Origin: an uncultured Verrucomicrobiae bacterium
GTDB taxonomy: Bacteria > Verrucomicrobiota > Verrucomicrobiia > Chthoniobacterales > Terrimicrobiaceae
Reading direction: 5' to 3'
Assembly: GCA_963706955.1 (NCBI GenBank)
Contig: CAVPOC010000008.1
Span: 288,001 to 352,000, forward strand
DNA length: 64,000 bases
Shown: in pieces, positions 19,801 through 26,991 of the stretch
How positions within the stretch are numbered: the stretch's first letter is position 1
How the letters are laid out: the number at the start of each line of letters is the position of its first letter
Made by a program: the position numbers and the translations under genes
Notes under the pieces: generated by a model
The model's input: only the letters and a program-made list of their open reading frames with translations
What the model was told of the DNA's origin: nothing
The model's database searches: none

Positions 19801-21921
19801 CCCGCCCATCCACAGGCCGCCATCTTGCGGGATGCCAGCCTTGTTCGACCAAGCCAACGCGTAAACCATGCCATCGTCTGATCTGCCAACCATCTTCCAC
19901 TCGAAGTTCTCGGTGCCGGCGAGGTTGAGAGCATTTCTTCCCGTGTCGGCATCCGCAACTTTGACAGCGTCCCTCCAGCTATAGATGGGATTTCCAAGGT
20001 TATTCAGACCTTGGCTGCGGATGGCATAGATCGCTTCGGCTTCCCATGGATCGGAAGCATTGGGAAGGTGATTGCGATTGGAGGAGGTCATCCAAAGCCA
20101 GCCCGCATGATCCACTTCAAATGACCGCCGGAACCATGCCGAGTCGGGATGAGGGAGGTAGGGCAGCGCGAGCAGCGTAACCTCGCCGGCCTGGCCGGGA
20201 TCCGACCTCGCTGTGTATTGAATCTGGCCGTCTCCCTGGGTGTCGTTCCATTCCCAGAGATATCGGTTTGCGGGATTCCACGTCTCGTCCCGATGCAAAC
20301 CATCGGGACTCGGCTGGGAGGCCCCAAGCACGGACGCGAGCTTCAGCGTTGGGCCGCGTTCGGCATCCGCTGGAGGCTCAATTCGATAAATGGCCAGAGA
20401 ATCGCCGGCGGGATAATAGTAAAAATCGTTGGTGCCGAACCGCACGATCCGAGGGGGTCCGAGATGCGTGGATTCGTAGTTGCCAAAATACGTCTTGGTG
20501 ACCTCGGTTTTCGCGGTCCCGAGCAACGTCCACGTCCCCGCAGCCTTGTCGACCTGGTAGGCCTTCCGGTAACTTGAGATCAGCAAGTCCGGATTGGCCG
20601 TGCCATAAGTAGCCGAAGAAGAAAACTCCAGGCACATCTGCTGCCAGACCGGAGCGAGCTGTGAATTGATTTTTTGCAGGCGGGAGCCGTCTCCCAATCG
20701 GTCCGAAATATAGATATTTCCAGATGCGTCCATGGCCATTCCGTTGATGGATGACAAGCGTTCCGGCTTTCTGTCGCCGGGCCTCTGCGGCAACCCGTAG
20801 CTGGCCGCCAACGATACCTGTGTGTCGCTGGTTACCGTGTATTTTCGAACCACGCCAATACGATCGGCGACGGCGAGCATGTTTCCCTGGATCGACAGTG
20901 CGCGTACTTCCGTGAGATTAGTAATCGGTGTAGCCAATCGGACCCCCGCAGGCGAATAGACACTCACCTTGGTGTGCTCATGGCCAACCCAGATATTGCC
21001 ATTTGAGGCAATGGCTAGACCGCAGGCAACCGGAACGCCACCAATGGTACTCTGATGGTTGCCCGACACTTTGTCATACTTGAGAATCCGACCGCCAATC
21101 GCGTCGGTAACATACAAACTGCCTCCCTGGACGGCGATCGAGATCAACGGCACTCGCATCACGTCCTTATCCGCTTCGGTCGCGTTTGCAGGATATTCGG
21201 GGGTTGGATATCCGGCACTGGGATATCCGCCGGCACTTCCGTCATAGACCTTAATGCTTCGACCCTGCTGGGTGAAGTTGACCACGCGTTGGCCCTCCGA
21301 TAACTGAGGCGCCAGGTTGATCCGCCAAACCGAAAACTTCGATTTTGTCCGGTCCGTGAGACTATCGGCGTAACCGGTCACATAGGCAAACGAACCGTCC
21401 GCTTCCACTGCAATGCCTTTCAGCAGCGCCTCGCCAATGGGGTGTCCGCTGTTCATCACAGACTTGCCATCTACCGACGACCATCGGATCACGTCAAAGT
21501 GAGGTTCGTCCCAATCGTGCACCGAGTACGGGTTGCCCTGTGAGTCCACTGACACGCCCTCAATCAGGGACGGCACGTGCCCGAACGTAAAGGGCGGCAG
21601 CCCTGTATTGCCGATCACCCCGACATTATTGTATTGGGCACCGTTCCGAAGGACCTTCCATGTGTAACTGCCCGGAGGAACCGGCGTCCCAAAGTCATCC
21701 CGTCCATCCCAGCTGCACTTTACTTCCCCCGCGTTGAACGTTTCCAGCGCCCAGAGCGTCCGCACAATCCTCCCATTGGCATCAAAAATCCCGGCGCTTG
21801 TTAGGCCGCCCTGACTAAGCTGAACAGAAAAGTTTTGCTGCGCATGAAGCGGAACAAAAATGATTACGACGCCGAGCAAAAATAGCGCGAGTCTGCAAGA
21901 TATGGTACCAGGAACCTTCAT
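16855..21921 (-). CDS. 1688-aa secreted multidomain protein: FlgD-Ig-like, NHL/beta-propeller, 4 InlB-B/Flg_new-like repeats, 3 PA14 domains, 1 chitobiase/Fn3-associated domain
   Basis: Signal peptide; IFDANGRIVRTL...WDGRDDFG; LTVxxGxGxGxY...WTGD repeats; two GLRGxYY...DDGVR PA14 copies plus a C-terminal PA14; IRYTTDGSTP. Confidence 0.8.
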   Translation of the reverse strand: MKVPGTISCRLALFLLGVVIIFVPLHAQQNFSVQLSQGGLTSAGIFDANGRIVRTLWALETFNAGEVKCSWDGRDDFGTPVPPGSYTWKVLRNGAQYNNVGVIGNTGLPPFTFGHVPSLIEGVSVDSQGNPYSVHDWDEPHFDVIRWSSVDGKSVMNSGHPIGEALLKGIAVEADGSFAYVTGYADSLTDRTKSKFSVWRINLAPQLSEGQRVVNFTQQGRSIKVYDGSAGGYPSAGYPTPEYPANATEADKDVMRVPLISIAVQGGSLYVTDAIGGRILKYDKVSGNHQSTIGGVPVACGLAIASNGNIWVGHEHTKVSVYSPAGVRLATPITNLTEVRALSIQGNMLAVADRIGVVRKYTVTSDTQVSLAASYGLPQRPGDRKPERLSSINGMAMDASGNIYISDRLGDGSRLQKINSQLAPVWQQMCLEFSSSATYGTANPDLLISSYRKAYQVDKAAGTWTLLGTAKTEVTKTYFGNYESTHLGPPRIVRFGTNDFYYYPAGDSLAIYRIEPPADAERGPTLKLASVLGASQPSPDGLHRDETWNPANRYLWEWNDTQGDGQIQYTARSDPGQAGEVTLLALPYLPHPDSAWFRRSFEVDHAGWLWMTSSNRNHLPNASDPWEAEAIYAIRSQGLNNLGNPIYSWRDAVKVADADTGRNALNLAGTENFEWKMVGRSDDGMVYALAWSNKAGIPQDGGLWMGGNVLFGFLPPNGSTPTSLGQPKWRVVLPKQSVGMVPIPGGPPGVTGGVLVGIDPGRGTVGHYTKDGLLIGSMKTAAQFNDPQREPWVVGMLDSYLAINCNRDPRDGLVDVFVEDNMNQRIVWYRVNDSNLQTADQGVLNVPGSSGTGNVLTVINGTGDGIYPPGTTVNLAAAAAPMNKVFAAWTGNTTGVANVSSPNTTLVMPNNAVTLTATYDIRPGAYTLTVNNGTGSGSYDPGTSVLVSAREPLPGEAFAWTGDRQILANWLMPTTSALMPFQDVAITATYGHDGASTLTVNGGSGSGSYPVGHTVNVVANAPPAGQVFAGWTGDTVILADQDASRAATTARIPSIDVAITATYVAGSTGLRGQYYNDNNSTPYPLANPFAGSPVLTRTDATVDFNWGTGSPGSPVTSNFFSAKWTGQVKAPASASYTFTVTGDDGVRLFINGVKVIDGWRDQGATPYSSTPTTLTANTLYNIELHYYEHEGDAACRLQWSYLGQSTQAIPQGQLYPPAGQQQVPAPTFNPAPGIYSGAQSVAITSAEAGAFIRYTTDGSTPPTSSTGTLYSGPVPVSSTTTLKAIAFKTGMTDSSVTSGTYTINIVPTYTLTVTGGTGGGAYAANTPVNVSATVPPGQQFVGWTGDTSILSSQAPSTTATMPARNASLAAMFSAIGGPGTGLRGEYYNDASNAAYPLVNPFAGSPVLTRTDTVVDFNWGSGSPGSAVTPNFFSVKWTGKIKAPVTGNYTFTVVGDDGVRFFLNGAKLIDGWRDQGAATYSTNPITLTANTLYNVEVHYYEHESDAVARLRWSYPGQADQPIPQSALRTTGALTREVWTGIIGDSVANIPTGAVPTLTDTLTSFEAPSNWADNYGTRVRGYITAPATGSYRFWIASDNASELWLSTDSNPANKRRIARVTSATNPRQWTKQSNQRSAAISLVQGQMYYVEALHKEGTGNDNLAVGWAKPGQSTSTPSEVIPGTVLSPFQ

Positions 21922-21999
21922 TAGTTCCGGCTAACTGAAGCTTAGCTGCGGGCGTTTAGTGGGGGGAGCCGCAACTGCACTATAAGTCACATATCTAAA

Positions 22000-22053
22000 G
22001 CTTGTTTTGCAATTACGCTTGATTGCACAAAGCGCTTGTTTTATAAGACAAAA
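22000..22053. promoter_or_regulatory. Candidate operator in the divergent promoter (3 x GCTTG, 17-bp period)
   Basis: GCTTGTTTTGCAA (22000), GCTTGATTGCACA (22017) and GCTTGTTTTATAA (22034) lie between the PA14 gene and the araC-family gene. Confidence 0.35.
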
Positions 22054-22058
22054 CCGGC

Positions 22059-22946
22059 ATGCATGCTTTCCAAGATGAAAGCTTCCGCCGCAGTCTTTAT
22101 TCGAAAACGCTACGGCAAGAGCTTCATCGGGTCGAGCGAGGGCGCTATCAGCTCAAGGTTCCGCGAAGGCTTGGGCTTTGGGATACCCGCTGTCAGCTTC
22201 CCACCCATCCAATGCCAGAGGTCCTCTTCCAGATCGGAGGCCAGACCGAGCTCGCTCTCCCGCACGAACGATTCACCATAGAACCATGCCAAATCGTGAT
22301 CGTTCCAAGGGGATTACCTCACCAAATCCGCTTGCATGACAATACCACGTCGTCGTGCACGCTAACCGGGACGTTCCTTCCGGATTGCTTCTCATTCCAT
22401 ATCGCTGTCTCTTCTCCGCAGCAGGTGATTGTCAGTCCGGTCGATCACTTTGAATCCAAGGAACATATACGGCTTACCCGCTTCGTGGACGACATTGCGG
22501 CCGCACATGAAGAACTCGGCGATTCGCGTCACCCTCACATTCGCGGTCTTCTCATGGCCTACCTGGCGCTGGCGATTCATTGGGTCGAACCCCACACCGA
22601 TCGCCCGCTCTTGGACGATCCCCCTTTGCTTAGAGAATGTCGACAAAGGATTCAGTCCGAGTTAGCGAATCCCGAGCTCTCTATCGTTTGGCTCGCCCGG
22701 CAGCTTGGCTGTTCGCCCGATCATCTCTCCCGCGCCTTTCACCAGCATAGCGGGATGCGTCTCAGTCGATACATCGAAGAGTGTCGTCTTGAGCAGGCGG
22801 TTGAGTTGCTTCAAACTAGTAATCTAAAGATCGCTGCGATCGCCTGGACTTGCGGGTTTAGCTCTCCCTCTTACTTCGATCGTATCTTTATGAAGCTTCG
22901 CGGAACCACCCCTAAGGCCATCCGGGATGGATCGCAGTCTAATTAG
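22059..22946 (+). CDS. AraC-family transcriptional regulator
   Basis: N-terminal cupin (HPMPEVLFQIGG, PRGLPH) and C-terminal double HTH (LARQLGCSPDHLSRAF, IAWTCGFSSPSYFDRIFMKLRGTTP). Confidence 0.93.
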   Translation: MHAFQDESFRRSLYSKTLRQELHRVERGRYQLKVPRRLGLWDTRCQLPTHPMPEVLFQIGGQTELALPHERFTIEPCQIVIVPRGLPHQIRLHDNTTSSCTLTGTFLPDCFSFHIAVSSPQQVIVSPVDHFESKEHIRLTRFVDDIAAAHEELGDSRHPHIRGLLMAYLALAIHWVEPHTDRPLLDDPPLLRECRQRIQSELANPELSIVWLARQLGCSPDHLSRAFHQHSGMRLSRYIEECRLEQAVELLQTSNLKIAAIAWTCGFSSPSYFDRIFMKLRGTTPKAIRDGSQSN

Positions 22947-22973
22947 CCTTCGCGCTTTTCTGTGAACGGACTA

Positions 22974-23018
22974 CGGACCTCAAAAACCGTTTTCGGACCT
23001 CTAAAACGGTCTCCGGAC
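22974..23018. repeat. 20-bp period imperfect direct repeats
   Basis: CGGACCTCAAAAACCGTTTT / CGGACCTCTAAAACGGTCTC / CGGAC at 22974, 22994 and 23014. Confidence 0.6.
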
Positions 23019-23336
23019 GAGCTGTGCATATGAACGGCCAGTGCAGTAGAGTCGCGCGCGGCGCATTTCGCGCAGAGTTCGCTTAGCTGCGCGATATAAC
23101 GCATGGAAGCAGCAAATGTCTAATACCGCTTTTCTTGCCGGTCAGTTGGGACGCTTCATTGGCTTGAGACCCTCTAAATTCCTAAAAAATCCCAAGCAAA
23201 CTTGGCCAAACGGCTGTTGAAGCCGGCCTGGGTTCTCGGCGCCTTAACTTTGGAGTCGGCTTGCAAGCAATAGCTGCCATCAACCGTCCGCCCTTTTCCA
23301 AGGAACTCATATTTTCGGGTGCAGCAAGGACGTCGG

Positions 23337-24377
23337 TTATTCAATCTCCCGTATCTTCCCGCCACTGGCGCGGACGATGGATGAGATCTCGCGCTTGTCA
23401 TCAGGCTTCATTTCGAAACCCACGAAATTCAGCACGCAGCCAGTTTTGCCTTGCAACGGTCCCTTGACCACTCGCTGAAGTTCCTTCCAAGGAACATCGC
23501 TTAGAGTTCCATCTTCCTTCCATTGAAAGCTTGCGTCCGAGATCAAAAAGACGACATCCGGCAACATGCGCACCGCCAATTCGAACACCCCCACCACACC
23601 TCGCGGATTTCTCGAGACGGTGCCCGAAGCGGGCATCGTTCCCGTTTCCACCCATTCCTCTTCGATCCAGCTCTTCGCCTTCGAGCGGTTCGAGTCGGTA
23701 GCCGGAATTAGTTCCTCACCAAAAGCCTTGAAATTTTGGGTGAATTGAATGATCCCGAAGCGAGCATTGATCGGCAATTGGTGGAGCAACGCGATGGTCT
23801 CCTCTTTGATTTTGCTGAGGGAGACTCCACGTTTGCGTGCCTTGTTCAACACGCTTGCCGACACATCGAAGATCAAGAGGATCCGTTTGCCGGTCGACTC
23901 GATTCCCATGAAGCTGAAGCTTGACTTGATCCCGCCAGGTCCACCACCTCCCACCACGCCAGCCGCCATGCCGCTGCCGAGTCCGGCGGTCCCAGTCAAG
24001 GTTGCCACTTGATCGGCAAGAATCTCCGCGGGATCGAGGGGCAACAATTCATCCAGGGGCAGCTTCGGAACTTCAGGGAGGGCCAGGGGTCCAGGGCGAA
24101 GACTTTGCAACTTATCCGTGAAACTCGGCTTCGGAGCCATCCCATCAAACGCCGCCATATTCATGCTGTGCTCGCGGTCTTGCACTGGGACGCGGATGTC
24201 CTTGGTTACGGTGAACTCCGCCGCAGGTTCTGCGAGAAATCGAGCGATGATGACAATGCCGGCGATGATGCCAGCGGCCACATGGATTCCGACGCTCGCC
24301 AGCACGACCACCAAAACAATACGCCTCCGCTGTTCCTGACGGACAATCTCCGGATTGGATGCGACTATGGCAGCCAT
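23337..24377 (-). CDS. TonB-like membrane-anchored protein with C-terminal vWA domain
   Basis: N-terminal TM with SxxxH (ASVGIH), Pro/Gly-rich linker, MIDAS-type DVSAS and VFLISDA. TAATG overlap with exbD. Confidence 0.72.
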   Translation of the reverse strand: MAAIVASNPEIVRQEQRRRIVLVVVLASVGIHVAAGIIAGIVIIARFLAEPAAEFTVTKDIRVPVQDREHSMNMAAFDGMAPKPSFTDKLQSLRPGPLALPEVPKLPLDELLPLDPAEILADQVATLTGTAGLGSGMAAGVVGGGGPGGIKSSFSFMGIESTGKRILLIFDVSASVLNKARKRGVSLSKIKEETIALLHQLPINARFGIIQFTQNFKAFGEELIPATDSNRSKAKSWIEEEWVETGTMPASGTVSRNPRGVVGVFELAVRMLPDVVFLISDASFQWKEDGTLSDVPWKELQRVVKGPLQGKTGCVLNFVGFEMKPDDKREISSIVRASGGKIREIE

Positions 24378-24811
24378 TATTCCTCTTCCGACGCCGCGAA
24401 GGTGACGCCACGGATACCTGCGCGCGCACATGCGTTGAGGACATCGACAATACGCTGGTGCTCCGAATTATCAGCGGCATCAACCGTGATCAGGGCTTCG
24501 CTCTTGTTAGCTTCAACGGTTTCTTTAAACCGCGTCAGGGTCTTTAGCAGAGCAGGCAGTTCCCGGCTCTGCGGTTCGTCCATTAGCAGATCGTTGAGCA
24601 CAATTTGGCCATCCTCGAGAATGCTGATGCGCTGCTCATCAGGGATCTCCAGACTCTCCTCCTGCGCGACCGTTCCCGGCAGCGTCATGTTGATGTCGGC
24701 TTCCGGCTGAACCGGTTTCGCGGTCAAAATGTAAAAGAAAAGCAGAAGAAAGCAGACGTCGATCATCGGCGCGATCTGCATTTCGATCTGGGGGTGTTCG
24801 GTTCTCCTCAC
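24377..24811 (-). CDS. exbD: ExbD/TolR family protein
   Basis: IAPMIDVCFLLLFF with the conserved TM Asp; IVDVLNACARAGIRGVTF. Confidence 0.9.
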   Translation of the reverse strand: MRRTEHPQIEMQIAPMIDVCFLLLFFYILTAKPVQPEADINMTLPGTVAQEESLEIPDEQRISILEDGQIVLNDLLMDEPQSRELPALLKTLTRFKETVEANKSEALITVDAADNSEHQRIVDVLNACARAGIRGVTFAASEEE

Positions 24812-25242
24812 GGCTGGCGAACTCCAAAAATTACTTCGATCGCACCTGCGTCGCTGGCGATGCGCATGACTTCCTTGATCTGTTTGCCTGGCGTCTTCGC
24901 ATCGGCCCGAATGTAGAGTTTGAGGGGCGGATAATCCTGGAAGCGCTGCTGAAGATGACCGGTCAGCTCTTTGGAAGAGACCGGCTGATTGCCCGAGAAG
25001 AGCTGGCCATTTTCATCAATGTTGATGACGTCGCGATCTCCCATCTCCTCCGGAATTTTTCCGGATGCCGCCGTGGGAACGCTGATATCGAGAAGTTTGG
25101 TATCCTTGGTGAGCTTGCCGGAAAGCATGAAAAAGAAGAGGAGAAGCAAGGTCACATCGATCATCGGCGCGATTTGCATGCCGACTTCGTCGTGCTGGAC
25201 CCGGCGCATACGACGGCGTTCCACCGACATCGCAACGCTCAA
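24808..25242 (-). CDS. exbD: ExbD/TolR family protein
   Basis: IAPMIDVTLLLLFFFM; IRADAKTP. Confidence 0.9.
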   Translation of the reverse strand: MSVAMSVERRRMRRVQHDEVGMQIAPMIDVTLLLLFFFMLSGKLTKDTKLLDISVPTAASGKIPEEMGDRDVINIDENGQLFSGNQPVSSKELTGHLQQRFQDYPPLKLYIRADAKTPGKQIKEVMRIASDAGAIEVIFGVRQP

Positions 25243-26036
25243 GCTTGATCCGGCACTTCTTCCGGCGCGAACTCCTTGGCAGCGACGGTCTGTCGCGCGT
25301 GCGTCGCAGCCTCTACCGCTTCGCCGGTGAACAGGTCCAGAAGATGCGAAAGCGCCTTGTGCACGTCGGCCATGTTGGCGGAAACCTGCCCGCGAAAGAA
25401 AAAGTAGAGGAACATTGCCGGAATCGCGAGGAGGAGGCCTCCTCCCGTAGCCACGAGAGCCTCGCCGATACCCTTGGCCAGGTCGGCCGCTTCCGCCTTA
25501 CCTGCGGTCAGCGCTCCGAAGCTGGTGATCATTCCCGAAACCGTCCCCAGCAAACCGATCATTGGCGCGAGAACGGCAAAAGTGTTCAGATAATTGACCA
25601 CGACCATCATCTTAGTCTCAGAGCGAAAGCAATCGTCGGTGATTGAATTTTCCATGGCGGTCTTGTTGAACATGTCGCGTTCATAGTTTGCCTTGGTCAG
25701 GGCAGTGGCGAGCGCGTGCGTAAACGGGCCTGGGTTCGCCTGGCAATACTCGTAAGCAGAGGCAAGATTTCGTCGCGCCATGAGCTCGCTAAGATGCGTG
25801 ACGATCTGCGCGGGCATCATCTTTGCCTTGCGATACATGAGGGCGCAATAGGTCCCCAAAGCGAGAGTCGCCACCGAACAGAGCGCGATCACATGCATAA
25901 CCGGCCCACCTTCGCGGTATAAATCGAGAAGACTCTTGGTAGTCTCCACTTCGGCTGCCCTGGAAATAACGGGCAGCCCAAAAAGGATAATCAGAGACAG
26001 GCAGAGTGAGGATCTAAGGTTCGATGTCGGTTTCAT
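25239..26036 (-). CDS. exbB: MotA/TolQ/ExbB proton channel protein
   Basis: APMIGLLGTVSGMITSF; LAKGIGEALVATGGGLLLAIPA. Confidence 0.92.
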   Translation of the reverse strand: MKPTSNLRSSLCLSLIILFGLPVISRAAEVETTKSLLDLYREGGPVMHVIALCSVATLALGTYCALMYRKAKMMPAQIVTHLSELMARRNLASAYEYCQANPGPFTHALATALTKANYERDMFNKTAMENSITDDCFRSETKMMVVVNYLNTFAVLAPMIGLLGTVSGMITSFGALTAGKAEAADLAKGIGEALVATGGGLLLAIPAMFLYFFFRGQVSANMADVHKALSHLLDLFTGEAVEAATHARQTVAAKEFAPEEVPDQA

Positions 26037-26991
26037 GGTCGTTCTTCACAGCATCGGGGAGAGTGTCGATGAAGGCGGTTGCTCGTTGCGCATAGCTCGT
26101 TTCAGGATAGATAAAGACAAGGTCTCGCGAGACCTCAAGCGCTTGTTTGAAATCGCCGGCCGATTGACAGATCTGCGCGACAGCCCAAAGCCCGCGGGAA
26201 GCCACCTCGCTCTCTGAGCCATAGAAGAGGGCAGGATAGAGGTAGAGCTGGAGCACTTGGTCATACAATCGGTTTCGTTCGGGAATCGCAAAGGGATCTT
26301 CCGCCCAGCGCGGATTGTCGGCTATGAATTTGTCGAAGGCGCGATGAGCCGCCTGAGCGAGAATATACTTGGCTTCGATGAGGACCGCCGGATCTGCCGA
26401 AGTTCGCGCAATTCCCTGCGCCTCGACGACGGCTTCCTGCACGTGATCCGTCGCAATCATCGCACGCAGCCGACCCTGCCTGGCCCGGATCCTCGCGTCC
26501 TCATCCCATGAGTTTGTTTCGATGACCCTGAAGATTTCCAACGCGCGGCCGGCGTTCGCGCGGTCCCCGGCATTCAAGAGAAGGTTTCCATAGCAAATTC
26601 CGATTTGGGCGACGCGCGACTTAGGAATCGAAAGCCAAAGACCTGCCTTATCCCAGAGAGCTTTAATATCGGACATGTCCGTCGCTGTCGCACTCTTCAG
26701 CTTCTGAGCTGGCACTTCATCGGAAGAAAACTCAACTCGCTCGATATGCGATATTGCGACCGTGACCGAGGCAAAGACCGGCGGCGCATCTGCTGATGCC
26801 CCTTGAAGGTGCGGCAGGAATCGCCGCAATCGAATGGTCCGTCCATCAAATCCGGCAATCTTGCCGGCGATGGCCTCGCCTTGGCGCAAGAAGATGGTAT
26901 CCTGTCCACTTTGCGGATCCTGGCTCCGCACGTTCACTGCAAAGAAAAGAGCGAGCATGAACAAGCCAGAAAGAAGTGCCAGGCGGTTCAT
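26014..26991 (-). CDS. Exported helical/TPR-like protein
   Basis: Signal peptide, small N-terminal beta domain, then helical repeats ending IYPETSYAQRA. Confidence 0.6.
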   Translation of the reverse strand: MNRLALLSGLFMLALFFAVNVRSQDPQSGQDTIFLRQGEAIAGKIAGFDGRTIRLRRFLPHLQGASADAPPVFASVTVAISHIERVEFSSDEVPAQKLKSATATDMSDIKALWDKAGLWLSIPKSRVAQIGICYGNLLLNAGDRANAGRALEIFRVIETNSWDEDARIRARQGRLRAMIATDHVQEAVVEAQGIARTSADPAVLIEAKYILAQAAHRAFDKFIADNPRWAEDPFAIPERNRLYDQVLQLYLYPALFYGSESEVASRGLWAVAQICQSAGDFKQALEVSRDLVFIYPETSYAQRATAFIDTLPDAVKNDHETDIEP

